From: Bispira polyomma
Taxonomy: Eukaryota
Assembly (NCBI GenBank): GCA_965649765.1
Contig: OZ287753.1
Coordinates: 12,648,001 to 12,712,000 of the forward strand
DNA length: 64,000 nt
Reading direction: 5' to 3'
Below the pieces are notes generated by a model. The model saw only the letters and a program-made list of their open reading frames with translations. It was not told the DNA's origin and searched no databases. The position numbers and the translations under genes were made by a program. Positions 12,406 to 23,324 of this stretch are shown one piece after another. Position 1 is the stretch's first letter; every line of letters begins with the position of its first letter.

Positions 12406-14475
12406 ATGGCACTAATATATCGTTGTTTACTTCAACTCACAGTCTATCTAGTAGTGTATTACATAAGTATCAATCATGTTGCCATTGGTGCTGAGACACA
12501 CTGTCTCCAGTATCACAAAATGAATATACACCCTAGGGCACTGTCATGTGATCCTGTAAACCCACCTCTTACAAACTATTCCAAGCCTGATTATATCTGG
12601 CCAGCCACATTCAATTCCTGTAGTAGTATTTCAGCCATTCAGTTGCTGATAGAGTCAGCGGATATCAATACCTTAGTGATTATTTACACCTCAAAGTACT
12701 CAACTTTAGTGTACAGTATGGAAATGAATACAATACTTCCTGTGGCAATGTATTCCATTGATACTGAGTTACAAAATGTCAATGTTAAAGCTAGTATTAT
12801 TGACACATTCTATAAACTCAACAACAAGAACCGTCAGGAACACTTTCTGCTAATTGGAGAAGCAGATTTTCTTATACGTGCTTTGCAAATAGTCAACTCT
12901 GTAGATGAAATGTTTAATCAACAAGGATATTTCACCTTTTTACATCGGTGGATTATTCTCACCCAGGACCAGAGTCTATTACATTTAGAAAAACATATAT
13001 CAAATATACAACACTTAACAGCAGTTACTGTATCACAGATGAACAGCTTCGTGAACATTTATGCAGCAATGTGGAAGCCTCATGGACGAAAGTTTGAGCT
13101 CATAGGTGATATATCAATGTCTTCTGAAATATGCATGTTAAGGTATATAAATAGTCAGATCACACTTTTTCCTAATGAAATGTATGGTTTCAATGGACAG
13201 TTGTTTATAGTTGCCACTCAGCTTTGGCCAGTCTATGTCATCTCTGAAGAGCACTATCCTAACAGAACTATGTATAAAGGTACTTTAATGGAACTTCTTT
13301 TTGTTGTAAGCCAATATCTTAATTTCACCTTTGAACTGATAATACCACCTGGTGGATATTGGGGAGGTAAAGTCAATGGCACTTGGAATGGGATTGTAGG
13401 ACTCCTACACACCAAAGAAGCTGATATCAGTGTTGGTACATTAACAATGACGCCTCAAAGATTAAGCGTCATGGATTTTGCTGAAATTCCTGTTGTGTTT
13501 GACACTCATGTGGCCATCTACAAACCACCACCCTCACTGCAAACCACACTGCATTTATATCTAACACCTTTCAGTAATACTGTTTGGCTAATGATTGTAA
13601 TGGTTTGGTTTGGAATAAGCTTATTTATTAGTGTTATTGGAACCATTCATACATACTGGATCAATGGACATATGCCAAGTGTGAGATTCCAAGTGTGCAT
13701 TATCATTGATACACTGTGGTGTTCATTTGCTTCATTTTTCACTCAGAGCATCAAGATTAAAAGGTTAAGAATGTCTACTTCCTGTTTATGGGGGACTTGG
13801 TGGCTGTTTGCCCTTCTTATTGTCATGGTGTGGTCTGGAAATATTATATCTTTCATCACAGTCAAACTACATCCAGATCTTATCTCTGGACTAGACTATC
13901 TAGCAAAGCAGAAAAAATTAAAAATCATCACTCTACCCAGTAGTGCTTTCGAAGAATTTTTGTTGACATCCAGTGACTCGTTGCTGCACCAGCTTGGTCA
14001 AATGGTGCTCTTGGCAAGGCAGGAAGAGCCTAAACTCTTAACAACTGATCATGATGGTCTCATGTCCAAGGTAAAAGCAGGTGGATATGTGTACTTTATA
14101 GATCAAATCACATTAAAAGATGAAGCATATAACAGTAACTGTTCCCTCACTATTATTCCCCAGAGCATTTATCCATTTGGGTATCATTTTGGACTACAGA
14201 AGAATTCCGCTTACCATCAGGTGTTCACTAAAGCAGCCATTAAAATCAATGAGGTAGGACTGTACAAATATTGGGTTGGAAGGTATTTGAAAGATGTAAA
14301 GGAACAGGCATGTATGAATGCCATGACATCACATCCACAGGAGTTTTTCTATCTTCAGACCATGCTCATTGGTTTTACCACGATGCTCGGGATAGCTGTT
14401 ATTATTTTTGGGCTGGAAAATATCATATATGTGATTAAAATGAAAGGAACGGCATATAGAAATAAAGAAGCTTAG
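12406..14475 (+). CDS. Intronless divergent ionotropic receptor (IR, variant iGluR family), 689 aa, intact
   Basis: Signal-peptide-like N-terminus; S1 WGGKVNGTWNGIVGLL...ADI...T.TPQR..MDF; M1 PFSNTVW; pore TLWCSFASFFTQS; M3 WWLFALLIVMVWSGNIISFITV; S2 GYHFGLQKNS; M4 and short C-tail; single uninterrupted ORF. Confidence 0.93.
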   Translation: MALIYRCLLQLTVYLVVYYISINHVAIGAETHCLQYHKMNIHPRALSCDPVNPPLTNYSKPDYIWPATFNSCSSISAIQLLIESADINTLVIIYTSKYSTLVYSMEMNTILPVAMYSIDTELQNVNVKASIIDTFYKLNNKNRQEHFLLIGEADFLIRALQIVNSVDEMFNQQGYFTFLHRWIILTQDQSLLHLEKHISNIQHLTAVTVSQMNSFVNIYAAMWKPHGRKFELIGDISMSSEICMLRYINSQITLFPNEMYGFNGQLFIVATQLWPVYVISEEHYPNRTMYKGTLMELLFVVSQYLNFTFELIIPPGGYWGGKVNGTWNGIVGLLHTKEADISVGTLTMTPQRLSVMDFAEIPVVFDTHVAIYKPPPSLQTTLHLYLTPFSNTVWLMIVMVWFGISLFISVIGTIHTYWINGHMPSVRFQVCIIIDTLWCSFASFFTQSIKIKRLRMSTSCLWGTWWLFALLIVMVWSGNIISFITVKLHPDLISGLDYLAKQKKLKIITLPSSAFEEFLLTSSDSLLHQLGQMVLLARQEEPKLLTTDHDGLMSKVKAGGYVYFIDQITLKDEAYNSNCSLTIIPQSIYPFGYHFGLQKNSAYHQVFTKAAIKINEVGLYKYWVGRYLKDVKEQACMNAMTSHPQEFFYLQTMLIGFTTMLGIAVIIFGLENIIYVIKMKGTAYRNKEA

Positions 14476-15008
14476 CACTACAGTCTTGCATGGTAGTTTA
14501 TCCATTACTTTGAAAATCACACTGTTATTCATTAAAAATGAAACATCTTTTATTCGTTTCCTCTTTTGATTGTATAATTATTTTCCACACTTTCAATTCG
14601 GAAAATCTTTTAGCCCCAACAATATTAAATTTTCCTACTATGTGTAGTATAAAATTTGTCAATAATATACTGTTTGTTTTTATTTACCTTCTTTTGTTGC
14701 GTTTGAACATTTGGGTGTGACCTGTACACCTGGCTAACTCTAATTTTCACCTGTAATTTTAACCGCCAACATAATCTCAAATATTCTCAGACTGGTAACC
14801 CCCAAAATACAATATTTTGATTCATTTTGGAAGATTTTGTAGCATGACAAGAGAAACATATATATTTAGATATTTATTCAATATTCTTCATGATAATACA
14901 AAATTACAATGGAAACAAAATAATTGTCACAAATTACACTACATAAGTGGTCGACATTAGTTGGGAGGAACATAAATTGAGACAGTAGTGTACAGTTTCT
15001 GTCTCAAC

Positions 15009-15426
15009 TGTTACATATAAGGACATTGTGGTGTGTTAAAGCAGAACCGGTCTAGTTAGTACTAATGATTCTTACACTCTGCTCGAGGGATCTATTTATA
15101 GATTTGGGGAAACCCCTAAGCTTCTAGAAGCTGGTTCTATTTTGTTTCTGTTGTTATTGAAGTTATCTTAATTTGTTTACATTTTTAATCTGGAACATTC
15201 TAGCAATTGTTTACATATTCCAGCAACTTTCTCTAGCAGTGGTATATATAAGGGTTGACAGCCTGGCCACAGAGTAGAGTTTATTGAGTTGGTGTGCTAT
15301 ATGAACTGCTATCAAATTATGTAATTGTTATTTTATTTGTTAAAAAAATTTGTAAAGTGAAACTTTTTTGTTACGACCTAAAAGCAACCGGTAATTGCTA
15401 CCGCGCTTGCTCCCGTGACCGTAACA
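15009..15426. mobile_element. Solo LTR (418 bp), probably Gypsy-type
   Basis: TGTTAC...GTAACA termini; 4-bp TSD CAAC (15005-15008, 15427-15430); internal TATATATAAG near 15243; absent from duplicate B. Confidence 0.88.
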
Positions 15427-15459
15427 CAACTTATGTCCATCCTAAGTAAAATTCACTTG

Positions 15460-16310
15460 TAGAAATGTCTAAAACAAATGGAAGGTGAAATCAAATCTTG
15501 TTCAAACGTTTGTCAGTTTGTTGACATTTTTACTGAATAGGCTTGCCCTTCTCTTTGACACACTAGCTCTTGCTTTATTAAGACTCTTTCGGTGGGTACA
15601 CTTCTGGCAAGAGGTGCTAGGCCTGTTTTGCAACCTTTGACAGCAAAGAGTAGAACAGCTTTTTTCTTCTTTAGATGGTTCTTCAGTTAAATAGAGTTCC
15701 ACTTCCTTTCTGTATTTTTATTATAATCTTATCTAGGAACAGAGTTTTCCTCAACCACTATGACATCTTCAATTAAACCAATCATAAACTTATAAATTTC
15801 CTTTGTGTTTCTTGGAGGTCTGTTTATAAACATTTTAGGCATCTAAACCATCATGATCCTGTTTAAGATTTGGGTGATCTGGTTAGTTATCCTGGGTTTC
15901 TTTTTAATGACCACATTTGGGTTATCTTGACGAAACTTAGTCTTGGCTGCCTCAAACAAAAGTTCCCTGGAACTTGCTTTCTCCTATGTCGACACATAAA
16001 ACACACATTGTACCAGGCAAGAAACTACTAAAAAATTTTGACCTGATCCTTTTGGTATCTTGTTTTTGAATTCAAATTAATTTAAACTTCCATTTTTTTA
16101 TAGTTATGTTGTTTTCTTCGCTGTCTGACAAAAAGGCTTGCAATTTTGCGAAAGTTGTGAGAACAAAGGGATGTGTAGTAATAGTAAATACCCTAGTGAA
16201 CATTACTTGGGATGGATCTGATTTGAATTTTGTGTTTAACATGGCTTTCAACATATTGTTCAGGTTATATCATGGTGAGGGGCCAGTTTTAGTGCTAGAG
16301 GAAAATAGTG
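15460..16310 (-). mobile_element. hAT (ZBED1-like) transposase remnant, C-terminal dimerisation region
   Basis: Minus strand ELYLTE..., SVPTERV, and VSKRRASLFSKNVNKL match the hATC consensus (SVP.ER.FS, S.RR..L...NV); homologous to 56310-56735. Confidence 0.7.
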
Positions 16311-16805
16311 TATGCTAGTTGGTCAAGCTTTTACACTGTTAATCAAGTAACTGCCAACTTTCCCACTTAATGTTCCAGCCAAGATTCAAACTGGGACTTT
16401 AGAGGTGGAAGGTGAGTGTGTTGTTACTTGGTTACTTGAAGTTGAGAGTAAGGAAAACATTATTAAAATTTCAATATTTCTGTGCGACCCCTTTTAACAA
16501 TAGTTTGACAGAAACATACTCCATAAATAGTTTTTGAGGTTATACACTTGTGTGCTACGTTAAAATTATCTTTCTTTGTACTTGTCATAGTTTAGTAGGT
16601 TTTCCACATTTTTACAGACAGAAGTAACTTAGTATAAGTTCAGCTTTATACACTAATTTTAACTTTACACTATTTTTAATAAGAAATTCGTACCAAAATA
16701 AGTCCTTCTCAACTGCTATTAGTTCCCATGTTATTAGCATTCTATCAGATCATCTCGCAATAGTTCTAATTGTAGATTACCCCGCCAGACTTCCTTGTAG
16801 CTACA

Positions 16806-17042
16806 CAAGCATTGCGCTTCACAATCACTGGTCTCTCACCTCTGAGCGGTGTGAGTTCGAATCTCGTCGATGCCTATGTGGGAAAGGTGGTAGTTCCTTA
16901 CTCTGGGCCGCTGGTTTTAGTGCAGAACCTTGATCAACTGTATGCAGTGTTTCCTCCAGCGTTTCCAACTACCCATCCCAATATAACCTAAACAGGTACT
17001 AGAGTGGACGTTAAATATCCAAATTCAAAAAAAAAAAAAAAA
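16806..17042 (+). mobile_element. tRNA-derived SINE, 5'-truncated, subfamily a
   Basis: Matches other copies from acaagcattgcgcttc to gtggacgttaaatatccaaattc plus poly-A. Additional 3' fragments at about 17191-17220 and 17508-17578. Confidence 0.9.
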
Positions 17043-17579
17043 TTCACTAATCTGCTTCACAGTAAAAAAAAAAAATCTGCATTCAGTTAGTTTTGTTAGT
17101 GATTACTATACTACCCTATATTTGTACACATATTTACATGGGTAGTCGATACTTAACAGCATTTTTTGTTTTGCTGTGTGATCAACGTGTGAGTGGACAT
17201 TAAATATCCCAATTCAAAACATTTATGGTTACTCAGTTACATGCGGCGGCCCTTGCAAAACATAAACATACTGAAGGTTAATTGAGGGTTTCTGCTCTTT
17301 TTGGGAGGAGGGGTAGATGCTAGTTAAGATTCATATTCCATTATGATGGTGTTTTTAGCCAAGAGATAAAAGTTAAATATAAGTAAAAGTAGGGGTGTGG
17401 TAGGGAAGTGCTAGACTGATTTCTGGTACTTGTTCATACTAAATGCGCAGGTAACCGCATTCGAGACGGTTAGGTGTTGGTGATTACTTGGGGCTGCATT
17501 TTTTGTGGCAGTGTTTCCTCCAGCGTTTCCAACTACACGTCCTAATATATTCTAAACAGGTACTAGAGTGGACGTAAAC

Positions 17580-19035
17580 AAGGAAATCCTGGCTTTAAGT
17601 GTAAACTGGAGCATACCTGGCGCCAAGTTATGTCTAGCATAATCAAGAGCAGGTACTGCGCTGCAGTTAACCGCTACAACCACATGTTGGAACTCTCCAA
17701 ACACAGCCAATACACTAAGGTTATTAATAGAAACCAGGATAACCCAAAGGCATTGTGGAATTCAATAAAGAAAATCCTCTACGGTAATACTTTCTGACTG
17801 CAAATCAGTGGCAGATTTGGCAAATATTTCTGGTAAATTTTTCTCACCAAAAATCACTAAACTCAGGTCCAGTCTGTCAATATCCTCCAAGACCTTACCG
17901 CACCAACCCACTATAAGTAACACTTTTGCCTCTTTCTGTACTTTGTCCGAGGAAGAAGTCCTTCAGCTTATCCAATCCTCCCCAATTAAATCCTGTGAAC
18001 TGGATTTAATCCCAACATTAATGTTAAAGGAATGTAGTGACAACCTTATCACACCCATTACTGGTATCATAAATGTTTCACTCCAGGAAAGCATTTTCTC
18101 GTCTTGTTTTAAAACTGCCTATGTTTCTCCACTTCTCATAAAACCCAACCTCAATAGAAACATCCTTAAAAATTACAAACCTGTATCCAATTTGAGCTAT
18201 ATCTCCAAACTCATTAAGAAAGTAGTGGCAAAATAATTAAATGACCTTATGGCCCACGAAGGAACCACAAATACACATCAGTCAGCATTGAGACACAATC
18301 ATTCAACCAAAACCGACCTGTTGAAAATTCAAAATGATATTGACAATGCTGTTGACAACGGGAAAGCAGTTGGACTCACACTGTTGGACCTATCTGCTGC
18401 CTTTGATACCATTAACCGTACTATCCTCTTTGATTGGGTGATTGATTGGTTTGGCATCGATGAAACTGTCCTTAGTTAGATTCGGTCCTATTCACTTCAT
18501 AATAAGCAAAAAAGTAAAATTGGCGATAATTTCTCAGAAGCTTTCTCCCTACCACATGGTATCCGACAAGGCTCTGTATTGGACCCTCTTCTTTTCATCA
18601 TTTCCTCTTCTCGAACACCACACTCCTCAGCAAAATAATATATTAGTTTAACGTCACCCACCACCTGTATGCTGATGACACACAAATATACTTAGCGCTA
18701 GATGCAAGAAACTTTCGCTCAAGCATTTCAGAGTTGGCAAAAAGCCTCGAGGCTGTGCAAACCAAAGCCACAAAAGAGAAAATTGGTAGGCGCTGTTTGG
18801 CATTGCGGCTCCTGTTGAATGGAACACACTCCTACACACTGTCAGATCACAAGATAAAATTACTGGTTTCAGAAGCCATCTGAAAACTAAATTGGCGTCA
18901 GACTGGCCTAACCCCTTCTTAGTCACCTTTCTCTTAGTAGATGCTTTCCTGGTAACGAACTTTGCTTGCCCCTTTTTGGATATCAGCGCCTTAGAGAATG
19001 TTTTGGCGCTATATAAATGTCTCAATTATTATTTT
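17580..19035 (+). mobile_element. L2-clade LINE remnant (RT, internal deletion, 3' end retained)
   Basis: KSCELDLIPT, NYKPVSNLSYISKL, LLDLSAAFDTI, QGSVL, LYADDTQIYL; 3' terminal AGCGCC...GGCGCT stem-loop followed by TATAAAT and an ATT-rich tail. Confidence 0.88.
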
Positions 19036-20164
19036 TATTATATTATATAGAGCATGTATGCTTGCAAGGTCAAGGTAAGGTGCCAGTTCACATTTTTTAC
19101 AATAACTGAAAGTAAGATGTCAAATTAGTATAATTTTTAAATCATTTTTTTTTTAACTGCGTTATAATTTTTTATGGAACCAAAAATTTATCGAACAAAA
19201 TTTTATATTTTCGGGTTCAAAATGGAGAACGGTGAAAAAAGACTGTCACTTGAAATTTTCATTTTGTTACAAAACGTTGTTTAAAACTAAAAACAATGAA
19301 CAGAAGATGAGTATGTGATGAGGTAAAGATTATATTTGTAAAATTTAACAAAAGTCGATTGTTTACTTCTTTCAATCCAACACATCATATCTTCCATTGG
19401 GATGGCCAACCATGACTATGTTGACCCGAGTTGTTACTGCACTAGTAACTATTTTTCCATTAAATATACATTTAATATGAATATACATTGTTTTGCATAT
19501 TATGATAACACATAGGAACATGAATCCCTACCCTGCATATTATGGGCATGAGGACATAATGTGGGCATACTCAAAAAATAATGTTTTCATTTTTTTAGAT
19601 AAATGTTTGCATTGAATTGCAAGATCATTTACAAATTTTTAATATTAAATGTTACATTATTATAGCACTGAATGACAACCATTATGAAAAAATTTTATGT
19701 ACCCACAATCTGCGTAAAAATGTTAAAATGCGTAAAGAACCAATAAAACTTTTTTAGTTTTACATAATTATCGCAAAATATTTATTATGAGACAAGGTAA
19801 TGAGAGGTGTAACTTCAAAAAAAAAATATATCCTATGTAAACATACAGTATAAAATTATAAAGTATTACCTTGTAACGATACTAAGACCATAGAAAATCA
19901 GGAAACTCACTACCACATCACCACTTTACCAATTTTCTTGCAAATCATTTCGTTTTTATTGATCAAATTGACAAGATCCAATCTGCCTTTATCCACAGTT
20001 TATCCTTGTTTTAAAATGACAGGATAATATGATAAACTAATATCACTGTTGCCTATTAACCTCCTCACAAATGATAAGCTGATAAAGTAAAGAATTTGGG
20101 TGTTACTTTTGAATCCCTCTTTTCCTTCAATGATCATATTTCTAATATATGTCGTTTCTGCTAT

Positions 20165-20575
20165 CTCTATATTCGCGACTTAAAGAAAATCAGAAAACAC
20201 CTTTCCGATCAAATTGCCATAGTCATAGCAAGAATCAATCCATAATCACTTGTGCAGAGTTGTGTACCGTGTGGGATTTTGCGTCAGTAATACTCCATTA
20301 CTGGAAATGCTCAATTGGCTAACTAGTACTCAAGTACCACATAATCTTCAAGACCAATGTTACTTCTAACCCTTTGTCTGCCCCCATATCTTGCCTCATT
20401 GTTGGTTTTTAACAGGCTTACAAGGGAAAACAGAATTTCAGATACCAGAACCCTGGATCCTATGGCCTTTTCCTATGGCACCAACCCTCTGGAATAATTT
20501 ACCAGCCAATATAAGATTCCACGAAACCCTTTCTGGTTTTATAAGCAACCATCTCTAAACCTTCGCCTACCCTCC
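20165..20575 (+). mobile_element. L2-like LINE 3' fragment
   Basis: Degenerate IRDLKKIRKHL, PLLEMLNWL and PTLWNNLPANIR motifs. Confidence 0.6.
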
Positions 20576-21490
20576 TCAGAATCCACCATCCAACATCTGT
20601 TTATGTCATCCGAAATGCAATATGTATATTTTTTAGATCGTCTCCTGAATCCTGAGTTGATGTCGACCAGGTGTATTCTATTTCTTTATTTCTTGATAAT
20701 TTGATTTTTTCATATGACAGAAATGGATGTTGGATAACAGATTCAGAAGCAAAATTTTAAAGGTATATTTGCTCCTTATGTTCAATTAATGAATGACGTT
20801 GTTTAATAAATTAGTCTGTTCAAGTTTACATTGGTACATCATATTCAGTAACTTATAAATATATACTACATTTATTCATCAAAATTATTATTTAGATTTA
20901 TATTAACATCAAATTGTATCGCCTTACATTTAACTATTATACCTTGTTTTTCTGTAACATACTTTGTTGTTGGGAACCACAAAACATTCAACAAAACATT
21001 CAACAATTGATATATTTACATCAGTCTATGCTGATTGGTTAGTCTCTCAATATGGCGCCTACAGGTGTTTGCTTACAGTGAAAAATGATGTCACTGGCTG
21101 GGGGCTATTGATTTTATATCAAATCTTATGGAAAGAGATGTTAGCTTTACAGCAGCACATGACACCACAGACAACTGAAGCTTTTGCATTATTAAATGTA
21201 GTTGTGTAGACTATGTGGTTGATTGGTATTAACTGAATAAAACTGTTTCAAAAGTAAGGATGCAATGATTGTGCTTTAAATAGTTATATGATTATTTTAA
21301 CCTGAAAAATTAACGTGAAAAATATAGATTAAACTAAAATATTTGTCCCACTATATAAATAAGAGCTAACTGCTGGACAAATAGAAGTTTGGATAATGAG
21401 TTTTACTGTGAAATCAAATGGCATACATGTTTACGTTATGAGACATATGATTGGTGTGTAGACAAATCAAGCTAGAATCAAATACTTACC

Positions 21491-23324
21491 ATGGCACTAA
21501 GGTGTTTATGTTTCTGTCTGTCTACTCTCTGTATCTTGGTACATCACATAACAATAACAACTTTTGCCATTGACATTGAGATCACTTGCTTGAAGGGTCG
21601 TAACAGTTGTGCACGCAATGATGCAGTGTCATGTGACCCATTGAACATATCTATCAAAAACTATTGCAACCCTTATTATACCTGGTCATCCACACTGAAA
21701 TACTGCACTAGTATTTCAAGCATTCAGTTACTGCTGAAGTCAGAGGATATAAAACAATTGGTGATAATTTACAGCTCAAAGTACTCTGCTTTAGTGTATA
21801 GCATTGCAATGGATACATCACTTCCTGTGGCTATGTACTCCACTGATACTGAGTCACAAACAGTTAGTGTTGCAGAAAGTATTACCGACACGTTCCATAC
21901 AATCAACAAAAACTATCAGGTGCACTTTCTGTTGATTGGAGAAACAGATTTTCTTATAACTGCATTGAAAATAGTTAATTCTGTAGATAAAATGTTTAAT
22001 CAACAGGGATATTTCATATTTTTGCATAGGTGGATTATACTAACCAATAATCAGAGTCTATTGCATTTAGAAGCACATGTAGAAGATATACAACACTTAA
22101 CTGCAGTTACTATTTCAGAGCAAAACAGCTATGCAGATATTTACTCAGCAATGTGGAAACCTCATGGCTGACAATTTGAATTCATTGGTAATATATCAAT
22201 GACTTCTGAAACATGTAGGTTGCACTTTATTAATAGTCAAAGTACATTTTTCCCCAATCAAATGTTTGGTTTCAATAGACAGTTGTTTAAAGTTTCCACT
22301 CAGCTTTGGTCAATCTATGTCTTTACTGAAGAAGACCATTCTAACAAAACTATTTATAAAGGTATTTTGATGGAAATTCATTTTAAGTCAACATCTGAAT
22401 TTTACCTATGAACTATTAATTCCACCTGGAGGGTACTAGGGCAGTAAAGTTAACGGTACTTGGAACGGGATTGTTGGACTACTGCACACAAGAAAAGCTG
22501 ACATCAGTTTGGCTACATTAGCATCCACACCTCAAAGATCAACTGCTTTGGATTTTTCTGAAATGCCTGTTGTGTTTGACACTCATGTGGCCATCTACAA
22601 GACACCACCACTATTGCAAAACACACTGCAGATGTATTTAAAACCTTTTAAAAAGAACGTATGGCTGTCTATTGCTGTGGTTTGGCTCGGATTAAGTCTA
22701 TTTATTGCTTTAGTTGATGCTATTAATGAATACTGGAGCCGTGGAAGAATGCCAAGTATAAGACAGTTTCTCTGTTTCCTCAGTGATGCACTGTGGTATT
22801 CGTTTGCTTCTTTCTTCAACCAGAGCATCCAGGTCAAAAGGTCAATCATGTCAAATTCATGCTTGTGGGGGGCTTGGTGGTTGTTTGCAGTACCTATTGC
22901 ACTGGTGTGGTCTGGTAATATTATATCTTTCATCGCAGTTAAACTATACCCAGATCTTATCTCTGGACTAGACTATCTGGTGCAGCACAAACAATACAAA
23001 ATCATCACACTCCGGAGCACTGCTTTTGAGGAAATGATCTTAACATCTAGTGACTCCTTACTGCACCAACTTGGTCAAATGATGCTGGAAGCTAGGCAGG
23101 AAGATCCAGAACTCTTAACACTGAGCCATGATGGCCTGATTTCAAAGGTAAAGGAAGGTGGATATGTATACATTATAGATGAAACCACATTAAAAGTTGC
23201 AGTGTACCACAGTAACTGTTCTCTGAGTATAATCCCTCAAAGTATAATACACATAATTAAATGTAGGTGGAACAAGACAAAGGTAGAGGCAGCAAAAGTC
23301 TGTACAGATTCTGCAAAATATTGA
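21491..23324 (+). pseudogene. IR pseudogene, paralogue of 39207-41291
   Basis: TGA at 22169-22171 (CGA in paralogues), deletion/frameshift near 22376, TAG near 22437, and an in-frame 255-nt deletion near 23243 removing late S2 and M4 (equivalent to 40956-41210). Confidence 0.92.

Larger units (their letters stand above)
7562..15908 (+). repeat. Segmental duplication copy A (minisatellite + IR gene + hAT remnant); partner about 48150-56735
   Basis: Collinear high similarity, e.g. 8830-9650 vs 48810-49955, 9820-10590 vs 50845-51625, and 10940-15008 vs 52375-56310. Confidence 0.93.

Noticed and set aside
21491-22171. Secreted IR N-terminal domain as a functional short protein
   Set aside because: It ends at a CGA>TGA change and the downstream sequence has several further lesions; a pseudogene is simpler.
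22595-22933. Antisense ORFs recurring over IR genes (also 40436-40654, 14329-14532, 55426-55644)
   Set aside because: Shadows of the paralogous sense ORFs.
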